Shown here piece after piece: positions 50,780 through 64,000 of a stretch of DNA of 64,000 bases. Made by a program: the position numbers and the translations under genes. Numbering within the stretch: the first letter of the stretch is position 1; each line of letters begins with the position of its first letter. The stretch lies in contig OX597823.1 of NCBI GenBank assembly GCA_951406725.2, positions 81,964,001-82,028,000 of the forward strand, written 5' to 3'. Origin of the DNA: Octopus vulgaris (taxonomy: Eukaryota). Under the pieces are notes generated by a model. It was given only the letters and a program-made list of their open reading frames with translations, searched no databases and was not told the DNA's origin.

Positions 50780-51200
50780 CGGAGATGTACATTCTCATAC
50801 GTTAATAAATTGTAATACGCCTTCCTTCATATAATCATGTTGGATATGATAGTTAATAGCAGATAAGCAGATAAGCAGATAATCTGGGTAGACTGAGGGT
50901 TTCAAGGAATCCATCAAGGCCACTCAACGCAATAAAGGCAATCTCAGAATCGTGGAGGTGCTCCTTTTATCAACAAACTGAGACCAGCCATAAATAACAG
51001 AAAAGAACTACAAGAAGCAAACTGGTTACCACAGCAACATCAGTTTGCGAATGTCGCCCTTGTCTCCCACACATCTGAGCAATGCCCTTTTTCCTCCCTC
51101 GCTTTTCCACATGTCCTGAAGAAGAAGTCGTAGCCCCAAAATATAGAAATGTAAGGTAAAACTCCAACTTTGTTTTGTTTTTCATTTGCTTTTTTTTTGT
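50780..51200 (+). mobile_element. Probable Penelope-like 3' remnant
   Basis: Frameshifted LRIVEVLL/INKLRPAINNRKE resembles the PLE GIY-YIG C-terminus; CTGAAGA...GAAATGTA about 110 nt downstream. Confidence 0.45.
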
Positions 51201-51942
51201 AGTTTACTTCATGTTTTTTCGTATCGTGCCGGCCTTAAACCGTAGTATCCAGTCTAGCAAAAGTCAAATCCATTTGAAGCTATGATTAGGCGTAGATTTC
51301 AGCTCAGTACTGTAAACTAATAAAACACTGACCAGATTTATCTATTTTTTCACTGAGCTCTTGACGATTCCTCTGGCAAATTGGTTCATTGAAGGTTTTG
51401 TGATATTACCAGAAATAACATGGGTTAGAGACGAGATACGAACCTTTGCCACTTGGGTTTTAATTCCCTCAACGCTATTTGAAGTTTTAGAGTCACACTC
51501 TTTGCCCAGCAAAATGTCGTTTAGACGGAGCATCACTGATGAGGTTTAATAAAGGTGAAACATGTCTGAAGTTATTACCGTTCTCCTAAAGTTCAGATTT
51601 TTTTTTACTACATTTCACTAAAATAACGGAATTGTCTACCCTGATTTTTTTTTTTTGTTTTAAACACCGATTTGTTCTAATTAGAAATTAAAATTCAATA
51701 TATGTAATACGAATTAAGGAACTTCAAACAATTTGTTTTTAACGGTTGAACTCGAATTAGACAAAGCTACAAATATTAGCATGCAAATATTAGTTTAAAG
51801 AAAATCTTGAAACAGAAAAGTCGAAGACTGCTTTAGTTCAATGGTTGAACGTCTGTCACATTTACATAAGATATGTGTTCGTGTTCCACGAGTTGCCTAC
51901 AATCTTTTTTCTATCCAAAGAGATTTAATCCGATATTTACAA

Positions 51943-52335
51943 GCGCAGGGCTGGCTGTGTGATTGGTGGCTTGCTTACCAACCACATGGTTCCGGGTTCA
52001 GTCCCACTGCGTAACACCTGAGCAAGTGTCTTCTACTATAGCTCCGGGTCGACCAAAGCCTTGTGAGTGGATTTGGTAGACGGAAACTGGAAGAAGCCCG
52101 TCGTATATATCTATATATATATGTATATGTATGTGTGTGTGTGCTTGTCCCCCCAACATCACTTGACAACCGATGCTGGTGTGTTTATGTCCCCGTAACT
52201 TAGCGGTTCGGCAAAAAGAGACCGATTTAATAAGTACTAGGCTTGCAGAGAATAAGTCCTGGGGTCGATTTGCTCGACTAAAGGCGGTGCTTCAGCATGG
52301 CCACAGTCAAATGACTGAAACAAGTAAAAAGAGTA
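51943..52335 (+). mobile_element. SINE family A, full length
   Basis: Colinear with 21021-21428. Confidence 0.92.
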
Positions 52336-52845
52336 AGCAATTATTTGTACCTTTATCTATTTCATGCTCCACCATTAAAAGCGAATTATAATTTTAAATG
52401 ATTAAATTTCCTTGGCTTAGTACAATTAGTATACTAATGTTTTCACTTTACTTACATATTGAAGGAGCTTATAAGAGCTTATAAGAGAGATATATTGATA
52501 TAGACTCAAGGACCTCGCCCTAAACTAACATGTAACAATGCAAGGTGTGGTAAGTGAAACAGCTGAGTTTTTACAACAATAACAGTTAAATTTATTCCAT
52601 AAATTTATTCATAAAACTCAGACTTACATATGAATATAAACGCGAACATTAATCTGAACTAATAAAATCGCTTACGCCGTTGTAAATAACTCATATATAT
52701 ATATATATATATATATACTAAATAGTGCTTACGTGCACGCGAACATAGATTAATTGATAGATACATACATACGTAAATATACGCAAGCATACATACATAC
52801 ATAGCAAGCATACACACATATTTGCATATTTGTATACAAGAATGC

Positions 52846-52880
<35 letters not shown>

Positions 52881-53083
52881 AGTGTGTGTGTGAGTGTGTG
52901 CGTGTGAATGTTTGTGTGAGTGTGTATGTAAATATAAGATCATAGAAAATCCATATATACATACATGCATATATATGTTTATGTGTATATGGATATATAT
53001 ATATATGTATATATGTATATATGTATATATGAATGAATGTATGTATGTAATATATATATATGTATGTATGTTTATACATATTT

Positions 53084-53143
<60 letters not shown>

Positions 53144-53154
53144 ATATCTATCTA

Positions 53155-53187
<33 letters not shown>

Positions 53188-54464
53188 ATCTGTAAATATG
53201 TGTGTGTGTATATATATATAAATATATGTATATATATATGTGTGTGTGTGTATGTATGTATATATATATATGCATACATAACATAGATACATACATACAT
53301 ACATACATACATACATACATACATACATACATACATACATACATACATACATACATACATACATACATGCATACATATGACAGAGGATAAACAAATTTCT
53401 TATACCTCAAATATGCTTAATTATATCCATTTATATCAAGCAATTCTTGATATAAAAAATAATTTTTACCTCTGCAGGCGATCGCCTGCATCTAATCTAC
53501 AGATAGCGGATTTTACGATATTCATTAATAAAAGTCGATGTGAACTTTACCGGTGAAATATATAAATGAAATAAAACTCAACACACACACACGCACACAT
53601 GCACATACACACACACACACTGACACACACATACACACACACACGCACACACACAAACACACACACACGCACACACACACACACATGTACATACAGACAC
53701 ACACATACACGCACACACACTTTAACGTGCTCTGGTGTACCTTTTCAACAGCAGACACATATTGCTATAGCACCGTTTCTGCGGATATTGATATCGACCG
53801 CGTCAAATTAGGAAATTGGCTACTACTGAACTGCAATGTTTATTCTCATACGTAGACACAGTGTTACACTTTTATATTTTTAACATCCATTTTAAAATGT
53901 CAACGATATTTCTTTTCAACAAATACGAAATTGCTTCGATACATTGTTTAGAACGGCAGAGTTTTAACTATAGTTCTTGTCGTTGGCGAGCTGGTTGAAT
54001 ATATCGTCTGCATTTTCCTCAACTGCAGGCGATTCATTGCAGTTAACACTACATTAAACTCATGGACGGTTTTTTTATTGATCGCTAGTCATTTTCGTAC
54101 ACAGGAAGTTCATTTAAATATGTTTCTATGAAGTGGTGTAGGTGGAGACAGGAAATGTTCTGAGTCGTTCCGGATAACTTGTTAAACCCTCTCACTCTCC
54201 CCCTTCTCTTTCTCTTTCTCTTTCTCTCGTTCTACGTCTGTCAATCTGTCTGTCTATCTAGTTGTTTATCTTTCAAACATTTTCTATCCAAAGAAGTATA
54301 GTATAAAACTCAAGACTTTGTACGAAGTATGGTTCATAGTAAATTACGGGTAGAGGTTTCTATTTACTTCTTGGATATACAGCATCGTTATATATAAATA
54401 CATACATACATACATACATACATGTATACATACACACACACACACACACGCATACATATATATA

Positions 54465-57425
54465 CTAGCTGACGTACCCGGTAATTCCCGGAAAAGCTGG
54501 GTTTATCCCTTGGTTCCGTTCTCATAATTGTTTCGTTAATCCAATAAAAAACAATACAAAGTATGTAGCCCTCAAAACGGTTTTTGTGCATTTACAGAGA
54601 ATGCACCGAACTGTCTTACATATAATCTTGTTTTTAGGAAATCCCAATAAGTTATGAATACCCAAATCGTGAAGTCAGTTATGTAATAATAAAAATTAGT
54701 TACCCGATAGTAAGAATTCAAATAATTTTGAAAAGGCGTTCGCAGAGAATATTAACCTTAGGGGCGCTAGTGTTGAAATAGGTTTACAATGAATGTAGAA
54801 GCAGTTTGACGTTTACTTTTAAAGTAGACATACAAATAAATTTGCATCTAAAATAACATGCAGATTATCACTAGATTTACAACACTTACAAATGTTACGG
54901 TTAAATAATAAATACCTGATGATTTGGAGAATTTTATTAAGTTTCTAGAGCTTCTTGATAAACCTCATTTTTGGTCTTTCCTTGTGGGGCATAAATAAAC
55001 AAATGATGAAGATTGGCGACTCTTGAGCATCCCACATAAAGTTGGTCATGGGAGAAAACTGGTTCCGCAAGATTCAGAACTACCACATCCGCAGACTGAC
55101 CCTGGGCCTTGTTAAGGCTCATTGCAAAGCTCAGTTTCAACGGGAATTGCTGGCACTTGTACTGGGAAGGCATATCCGAGGGAATAAGTGGAATTCTAGG
55201 AATGAATACAGGCTCACCGCTTGCTTTACCAGTCAAAATTATTGTCTCCAAGACTGATAGCATCACCTTCTTTATTATAAGTTGTGTGTCATTGCAAAGC
55301 TTTGGTGGATAGAGGTTTCGAAGCAGCATAATTGGAGCCCCAATCTTGAGGTGCAAGTTGTGAGATGAGATGTCGGGTTGAGCTAAAATGGCACGGTTTT
55401 TCAGCCAGTTGTGGTCTGTAAACCGATTCCTCAGGTTAGGTAACACCTTATTCATTAGGTCCTTTAAATCAGATACTACATGTCCAAAAAGCAAGCTTAC
55501 CCGGCCATCCGTCTCGCCAACCGAAGTGCCATTTCCTTCGTCCAACAGTTGCTTTGAAAAAGTTCTGTCTGCATTATCACCACTGGGCTGCAGTCTCATG
55601 CTGGTTGTGAGTCTCATCTTTTGCACACTGCTCAATAGGTAGGACAACTTTAAGCTGGCGTTTACCTCATCAACTCTTGTCCTCTCTGTAAGCAAGAGAA
55701 GGGTTTGTCTAGTTTCCTCCAAGCAACACTGTGGTACCTCCCATGAGCTTAGTGTTGTATCTCAGACCCTGAAGGGCCATGTCAAAAGCTTCAAAGGAAA
55801 CCAGATGATCAACCTGCATTCATCCAGAAGTTTGTCTTTTATAGAACCACGACTGATGTTGTAGTTTGCCTTCTCTTTCTTGGACAGGTCTAAAGCAAGT
55901 TTGAAACAAGAATGAGCTGTGTGGCCACCACTTAGAAGAGTTGTAGCTGTTCCACTTGACGCCACTGCTATGGTAATGTGTTTCATTTGGCGCAGTTTAG
56001 CCAGAAAAAGGTAGATTACAAATGTCTTGTCAGTTCCACCTGGAGCATCCAGAAAGAAAAGACCTCCTCTTTCATTTTCCATGCTCGAAATAATGGTCTT
56101 ATAAACACCCAGTTGGTCTTCTATCTGTTTGTGTTCGTTATCAGTTATATACGCCATCATTTCCTCGATGTCATAGCTGAATTCTCGCAGGTACTCAATT
56201 GTTAGATTGTTTGCTTCTTGCTCCGGTTGAAGCAGACCAAATGTGGCAATGCCTTGACCTCCCTTAGCTTGCACTCAGGTGTCCAGGTCAAGTAATGCCT
56301 CATTGTATACGGCGTTATTGAACGTGGCAATTTCCGCTAAGGTTTGCCTTGAAATCCTTTGTAGGATGTCCTTTGCCATACTGGTTTTGTGGGTCACCCA
56401 AAGCTTGAGATTTTCACCCAAGCCACATATCATCAACATGATAGAAAATAGCTGGCACAGTTGACTTGGTTCTCTGCTGACTGCTGTCTCCTCCAGTGTC
56501 CATGTTTGGCACAGGCCTCTCTGTAGGTCGTGCAGACTTCCCCATTGTGTCTTCAAAGGTCGGACAGTGTGCAGTAGTAGACGCAGAAAGAAACACTCCT
56601 GCTGGTTAGGGTGCTCAGTGTATACTCGTCCAATGGCTCCATTTCTGAAAGCTCCTTGCTTGTGTCTGTTCCATCTATTGTGTCCCAGATATAGTACACA
56701 GGAACCTCAACATACAACAGTGTACGGGTTAACAGATCACATTATCATAATTTGAAGAAAGCTGTCAGAGTAGTTTCTGGTGGTTTCAGAACTACGTTTC
56801 GAGCATAGTCTTCTGTGAAATATACACGCTGGCCATTTTCAAGATGTACAGATAAATTCACTCCTGTTGGATGCCGCTCGTAGATTACGAAGCCCTCGTT
56901 AGAGGAAATACACCTGCCCAACTTATATTGCTGAATTTCATCTGCATGCCCTTCTATTCAAGTCCCGAAACCGCCATATCTGAGCTCTCATTGATGTATT
57001 TACATACATATTTAATACTTTTTAAAGAGTTGCATGATTCAACATTAAGATAGGCCTGCAATATTTTAGACAGCAATGGGTTGTAGGGCACGATCCACCT
57101 GTAGTCAATTCCATCCCTTGACCATTAACTTTCAGCTTGATAGTGATTGGAGTGATCAAAGGAAAATGAATGAACTATTTCACTTGGCTAGGAAAATGAA
57201 TTGGTTATTTCCCTTGGCTGTTTAAATGAAAGTATATTGCTTATATATGTGGACCCCTTCTAGAGGCCCTAGACATCCAATTATAGATTTTTATTAAACT
57301 TCAATGTGCCTAGTAACAAACTGGATGTTACTTTAGCATGTTTGCAAAGTTTCACGAAAATTCGTTAACAGGTGTAGACGGCAACTTGACGCAAACAGAC
57401 ATACAAACAGACAACTTGCGTTCAT
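54465..57425 (-). mobile_element. Decayed Helitron with RepHel (post-Rep region plus Pif1 helicase) pseudo-ORF
   Basis: WIVPYNPLLS..LNVESCNSLKSIKYVCKYIN, HLENGQRVYF, FFLDAPGGTDKTF, AVASSGTATTLLSGGHTAHSCFKL, PIMLLRNLYPPKLCN, QFPLKLSFAMSLNKAQGQS, FSHDQLYVGCSRV; CTAG and hairpin at 54465-54491. Confidence 0.93.
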
Positions 57426-57446
57426 CTCTCTCTCGTTCTCCCCCAT

Positions 57447-57493
<47 letters not shown>

Positions 57494-57910
57494 GAAAGAA
57501 GAGTGTATAATTCTGAATAAATTACAATTATAACAGAGAGGATTGTAAAAATTTCGAATATGCAATAGAGGACTAACCTTTTATCTTTATTTCAATTCTG
57601 AATTTTATGTCATATCGCCCGTCGACAGCTTTTTATTTGTTGGAGAGATATAATATGAGTGGTTATAGTGGCTTTATAGCGGTTTTTACTGCTATTTCTA
57701 GACATGTAAGGGTTTTTATAACCCTCTCCATTATAATTGTGATTTACTCACAATTATACATTCACCCTTCTTCTATGAAAAAAAATATTATGATTGCATG
57801 TTCTCGCCACTGATATATTCGTAAATAATTTTGAATTGTTTACAATATATTCTTCGCAATGTACTTTTGCATTCCACTTTTACACACACACACAGACATA
57901 TATATATACA

Positions 57911-57994
<84 letters not shown>

Positions 57995-58088
57995 GCTAGC
58001 TATCTATCTATCTATCTATATCTATCTATCTATATATATATATAATACATACATACACATACAACACAACAAACAGACACACGCATAT

Positions 58089-58251
<163 letters not shown>

Positions 58252-58257
58252 TATATA

Positions 58258-58422
58258 TACAACGGGCTTCTTTCAGTTTCTGTCTACCGAATCTATTCAC
58301 AATGCGTTGGGCGGCCGGGATCTATAGTAGAAGATACTTACTCAAGGCTCCAAGTAGTGGGACTGAACCCAGCATCATGTGGTTGGGAAGTAAACTTCTT
58401 ATCACACAGCCACGCCTGCGCC
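58258..58422 (-). mobile_element. SINE family A 5' half
   Basis: acgggcttctttcagttt..cacacagccacgcctgcgcc. Confidence 0.85.
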
Positions 58423-58436
58423 CATACATACATACA

Positions 58437-58502
<66 letters not shown>

Positions 58503-58509
<7 letters not shown>

Positions 58510-58783
58510 ATCACGTGACCGACCAGATTATCTGATGTTGCTGCTCATCGCTGGTCACGATGCGCTTCAATGACGCGCCACTCAGCTGGCTAAGCGAGCC
58601 GGCTAAGAAAAGAAGAAGTGAGAGAAAGTTGCAGCGAAAGAGTACAGCAGGGATCCCCACCACCCCCTGCTGGAGCCTCGTGGAGCTCTTACGTGTTTCC
58701 GCTCAATAAACACTCACAACGCCCGGTCTGGGAATCGAAACCGCGAGTCCGCTGCCCTAACCTAACTGGGCCAATGCGCCTCC
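58503..58783 (-). mobile_element. SINE family C, tail variant 3
   Basis: Family C head and core with a third tail ending ..ggtcggtcacgtgatcacgtga. Confidence 0.8.
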
Positions 58784-59461
58784 ACACAAACACACACACA
58801 CACACACATATATATTTTTTTAAAGGTATTTTGTTGATTTTAGTCAGGAATATTGATTCCTTTTATTGGCACACCGCCAAGCATTTGTTAGGGAGTTTTG
58901 TTTATAATTGAATCAATTCCAATAAAAGACTTGTACTTTAACGATGCATTGTGAACATAAACCAGAGGGGTTGCACTTAGTACGTAGAAGTGAGAAACTA
59001 AACAGGTAAGGATTGTGCTCCAGCGGTCTAGTTTTCGTGCTAATTTCCTGGTTTTTGTCTACGTTAGGCTATTGTGGCCAGGTGTAGTTATATCCTCTAC
59101 CAGTAACATGTAACCCAGTATAATGTGTGTAATTGTCAGGTGGTTGGCGACTAAACCCTCAACCTCTTCCAATTTACTTGGTAAAGAGGATGTAAGTGTA
59201 CTTGGTAGGATTTTAAATAAACGCGTCAAAGAGCGGAAGTGCTTCATCCAGAGAAGTCGACGGCAATTTATACATTGAGAAGTGATAGGTACGATAAGGT
59301 TATCTATCTGTTGTAACATACGTAGCTGTGCACTTACGGCCTCTTTAGGTTACAGATTTTGGATAAGGGAGTTAGTTCTTTTTTATTGTAGAGATTGGAG
59401 GTATAATCTGCCTTTTATCCAATTATAGGTCTATCTATATTAAACATTTATTTATTTATGC

Positions 59462-59760
59462 GCCCTTTTCAAGCCCAGCCAGGCTCATGGACCCGGTTTC
59501 CCGGATACTGTGGCGTATGTGTTCCCCCCAGATGGACAGGACGCCAGTCCATCGCAGCGTTACTCAAGAAACGTGAAGAAAGAGTGAGAGAAAATTGGGG
59601 CGAAAGAGTATAGCAGGGGTCGCCACCACCCCCTGCCAGAACCACGTGGAGCTTTAGGTGTTTTCGCTCAATAAACAGACACAACGCCCGGTCTGGGAAT
59701 CGAAACCGCGATTCTCCGACCGCGAGTCCGCTGCCCTAACCACTGGGCCATTGCGCTTCC
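59462..59760 (-). mobile_element. SINE family C, tail variant 1
   Basis: Reverse complement of 61009-61309. Confidence 0.9.
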
Positions 59761-60861
59761 ACCATATTAAACATAGATCGTTAAAAGTTTCACTAAGTAA
59801 CTCACACCTTTACACAGAACTTCTACAGTTGCACCAGATTATTCCTAAATGAGTGGATTTATGGTAAAAGTACTTAAGCTGTGACCATCACCTCTTTTTT
59901 ATTCAGACGGAGTGCAATCGGGACCGCTTTGTCTAACGTGTACAGTTCGTCTAGCGTGATTTTTGTGGGGTGATTTGAGGATGATTTGATTGCTACTTCT
60001 GGCTGAGTGAACACTTACGTAGAAGCTCTCACGAATTTTCACTGTGACCGAATCTGATAGGAACTCATACCACTCTATTTTACAATATTCGTTGGATTGG
60101 GACACAAGTCGTTCATCAGTTATTTAGAGGTGGGTATAGATAACATATGACACTTAACACACAACTTCTAGTGTTTCCAGTTCTCCCAGCTGTTTCGGCC
60201 CCATACAACAGTCAACAGCAAAATTCTACAATTTGTCTAAACTAGTCATGGAAAACAGAGGAAGGCAACCAATCAAAGGCGTCTGTAAAAATTCTATAAT
60301 CGGTTGGCCAGTGCTAAATTCATAAGAGTCGACTCACCTTGAGGTTTAAATCTTAAAATTTGTTTCACTGAGCTACAAAACTGTTATCTACAGATTCTGT
60401 ATAAATGATTCATTAAAATATCGCTTCTACAGGAGATATAGGTTTGTGCCCCACAGACAGCCTTTGACTCTTTCTGCCCCAAAGTGTTTTTCAACCTGAT
60501 ATTTACATGCCATTATGTATAGCTTTATATGTACTTCGAGAATCAATTCCAAGAAATAATTATTAACGTTACACTTTTGGAATCATAAGAAACAGCTGAT
60601 AATCTATGCCAGGAAAATCACTATAATATAAAGATTTTGGAGATCGATAAAGTTAATTTCTCATGAGAATTGTAGATTATAATGAGTTTGTCTAAAACTA
60701 ATAAAATTTGAGCTAAAGCTGAAGTTGTGGGATTGATTTGGTGGGAGAGAGAAGCTGCCGAGTGAGGAGTGTTATATGTGGGCGAGGAGCCTAGGATACG
60801 TGATGAAGAAATGAAAAGACTGGACAAATAGGAAGATATATATATCCTTCACATGCATACG

Positions 60862-60934
<73 letters not shown>

Positions 60935-61008
60935 ACATGCGCACGTATACACACATGCATACACACACGCACAAAAAAAGAAATAGATTTAATTTAAGAA
61001 GTTTGAGT

Positions 61009-61309
61009 GGAGGCGCAATGGCTCAGTGGTTAGGGCAGCGGACTCGCGGTCGGAGGATCTCGGTTTCGATTCCGGAGGATCTCGGTTGTGTATGTTTATT
61101 GAGCGAAGACACCTAAAAAAGCTCCACGAGGCTCCGGCAGAGAGTGGTGGCGACCCCTGTTGTACTCTTTCGCCCCAACTTTCTCTCACTCTCTCTTCCT
61201 TTTCCTTGAGTAACGCTGCGATGGATTGGCGTCCCGTCCAGTTGTGGGGAACACATACGCCACAGAAACCGGGAAACCGGGCCCATGAGCCTGGCTAGGC
61301 TTGAAAAGG
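61009..61309 (+). mobile_element. SINE family C, tail variant 1 (V-SINE-like segment)
   Basis: tRNA-like head; ctgcgatggattggcgtcccgtccag resembles the V-SINE conserved block (from memory, unverified). Confidence 0.88.
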
Positions 61310-61980
61310 TTTTTTTAAAAAAAGAAGTTAGAAGAAACTGAAAAGAGGAGGGTATAACCAGGTTATTAGATATAAAACATCAAACAGCCACAAAGTTACA
61401 GCTGTGATGATAAGTATCGTGACAGGAGGATCTGATAATGATAAAGGTGAGAATCAGAATACGCAATTACATACAGGTATTCACTTAAACCTACAACCGT
61501 CCAATAGAAATGTAAACAAAGACATTTAAGTACTCTTACACACCCCTTGCTACCATCACGACGAATACACTTTACTAATTTCATGAAAATAATATTAAAA
61601 TAAATAAGTTTACACCATAAAGAAGAGATTAATTAACACGCCAAAATATTAAGCGGTCAACTGAATTGGTTGCACCGGTGGCAGAGTTATTCAATTGTAC
61701 GGTGTGATGACGTCATAAACTGTCCGAGTAGATCTCTTTTCAGAGTCCAACAAAAACGTTAACAACCGGTGCCAACCAGATCCCGTTCATTACTGACTAC
61801 AGTTCCTTGTTATATGAAGTAAATTAGCCGTATAATCGACCAGTATTTCGCGGGTATACTTTTCTGAGATCAAATTCTTAAGGCAACATAAAAGATAAAT
61901 GTCTTTAGTTAGAAATACAACAGTTTATTTGACAGGATTAAATATTTTCTGGATTAAAATGTTCAATCAGTGCATTTTAG

Positions 61981-62015
<35 letters not shown>

Positions 62016-62994
62016 TTAAGTCAGTCCATTTATAATACTGATAATATTTTATTGTTCTTACTGTCATAAAAGGTAAATTAGACTTTCGTCAAACTAAACA
62101 AAGCCATGCATTTATTCTGGTTTGTCTCTCTTATCAAAATTCTCATTTCATTTCTGAATTGACTCCTTTTGGCCTGGATGTGAACACTTTCTTTGTTGGA
62201 GAGGAACAGAAAATAGGAAGTGCGACGGTCATGTCTTTCCTATAAAACATTATTGATGCATGTTTTAAGTTAGACTACTTCAATAGTAGAGCGAACCACT
62301 GTCATCGTCTCAATTTCTTGATTGTTTACATTTTTCTGTCGTTTTTTCTCTCTCTCTAGGATGTTGTACCTAATTTACAAAAAAAGCTTTCCTAGAATTT
62401 GTAACCTTTCTGGTTTTCATGGTTACAGTGTCTATAGTAACGTATATAAGGCTAAGAATTGACAAAAGAAATAATTTCTAACAAATGAAATCGCTATGGA
62501 GTTGAGTGATTTATTACTTTGCAATCTGTAAAACACTTAAGCACTTAAGACATTCTAAGTATGTTTTTATGGGAGCTCAGAGAGAAAGGGAATGCAGATA
62601 ACATTAAATAAATAAATAAATAAATAAATAAATGAATAAAAGAGATACCAAAAAGAAATTCACAGCATTCAGTTTGATAGGTTTTAGTTGTTGCTTATCA
62701 TGTAAGTATATCTTAAACTCTGGATTTCAGACTGAAATATCTGTAGCTTTGGTAGATATAGATGAAAAAGAGAGAGAGCGGGAGTGAAAGAAAGAGAGAG
62801 AGAGAGAGAGTGCATATGGCAGGTGTAAAAAATATCTATCTAAGAGATCAGAGATTCATATCTGATTATTTGTATAGTTAATAAACTAAACTGTCAATGG
62901 TCCAGTACATCTCGATGAACTTAAGAACTCCAACTCTGCAAGCATCGGGAATGTCAAAACAATTTCCCGTATCGGTATTACTTTACCAAGATTA

Positions 62995-63513
62995 CCGTAA
63001 ATCCTCGAGTATAATCCGCATTTTTTCCCAAAATTTAAAGATCAAAATCCCTAGTGCGTACTATATACGAGGTTAAAAATGAAAGATATTTTCCAAGCAA
63101 TGTCCGAAACTCTATTTGCTGTCCGGCAATGTTTATTCAGACGCATTTTGTGATGTCGGGCGCGAAAATACCTTAAGCTAAGCCTGAAAGCAATTAAATC
63201 ATAAAAGGATCATCCATAACTTGCAGTAAGCAACATTTATTAAGATAAAAGTATTCAGATCACAGAATAACATGTAAAAAACCAATTTGCAAACATATTT
63301 ACATTCCCATATAACAGTTAAGAACATCACCATTATTGTATTACGCATGCGCGGAAGTGTTTGTTCGACTAGGTGCTGCTGGCTTAATTACGCACGACTC
63401 AAGTTAGAGAAGGGGTGCGTATTATACACAAGATTTAGGTTTTTCATAGGTACAGCCCCCTAAAAATCCCCTGCGTATTATACTCAAGGGCAGACTATAC
63501 CGAAGATTTACGG
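62995..63513. mobile_element. Tc1/mariner (Tc2/pogo-type) MITE
   Basis: TA-CCGTAAATCCTCGAGTATAATCCGC ... GCAGACTATACCGAAGATTTACGG-TA; subterminal tgcgtattatac repeats. Confidence 0.88.
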
Positions 63514-63584
63514 TACCTCAGGCATTAAACTGCCAAAATCATATTTATATAGCAGATGTTTATGGTTTAGGACAGATTGAATAA

Positions 63585-63893
63585 CTGGTACTCCGTCGAT
63601 TACGAGGATGAGTATTCCAGTTTATCCGCTCATTAACATGCAAGTGAAGTTAGCATGAAAGTGGCTGAGCACTCCACAGACATGTATACACTTAACATAG
63701 TTCTCCGGAAGATTCATAGACTGCGACAAAGCCGGCTTCTGAAATACAGGCACGACCCATTTTAACCAGTTGAGTGAACTAGATCAACGTAAAATAAAGT
63801 GTCTTGCTTAAGGACACAAGGCGCTGCCGGGAATCGAACTCAAAATCTTACGATCGTGAGCCAAATACTCTAACCATTAAGCCACGCGCCTTC
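63585..63893 (-). mobile_element. SINE family D, full length
   Basis: Head gggaatcgaactc..ctaaccattaagccacgcgccttc; tail actggtactccgtcg. Confidence 0.82.
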
Positions 63894-64000
63894 GTGTAGA
63901 TTGAATAGACTTTTCCCGAAGGACATTCCCACCATGGCCATCTTTTCTTTTTCAAGCATATTATAACAAGGACAACACTAACACTATCCAACTTATCCTT

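Noticed and set aside
54937-55722. 261-aa Pif1-like ORF as host PIF1 gene
   Set aside because: It is intronless and frameshifted, has a degraded Walker A upstream, and lies within Helitron ends next to Helitron-specific motifs.
59050-59350. Possible Tc1/mariner transposase remnant on minus
   Set aside because: Only a vague SPD/WGY resemblance needing several frameshifts; not supportable.
62335-62420. Polypyrimidine tract plus AG as an exon start (also 28858-28873)
   Set aside because: No convincing downstream reading frame or donor site; it cannot be supported without transcript data.

Overview
Eukaryotic, AT-rich, microsatellite-dense DNA. The SINE families and repeat load suggest an octopus-type coleoid cephalopod genome (inference). 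I found no host protein-coding gene: the ORF track is almost all microsatellite read-through or decayed transposon frames. The first 8.6 kb hold five identical tRNA-Glu(TTC) genes plus decayed copies, and a motif recurs at a fixed -35..-24 position upstream of four of them. The rest is a nested transposon mosaic: four tRNA-headed SINE families, Helitrons, hAT and Tc1/mariner elements, CR1-like, Hero-like and L1/Tx1-like LINE fragments, and Penelope-like (PLE) GIY-YIG remnants. The most interesting signal is a set of unrelated small non-coding elements carrying minimal type I hammerhead ribozyme motifs. One is a tRNA-headed element with PLE-style inverted ends, a tail and a 12-bp TSD (3481-5456). 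One is a perfect 1.5-mer of a 397-bp unit (13262-13847). One is a three-copy family with a fixed CUGUNGA core variant. Together they look like a retrozyme/PLE-parasite system targeting microsatellites. All family names and folds were assigned by eye; no search or folding program was run.
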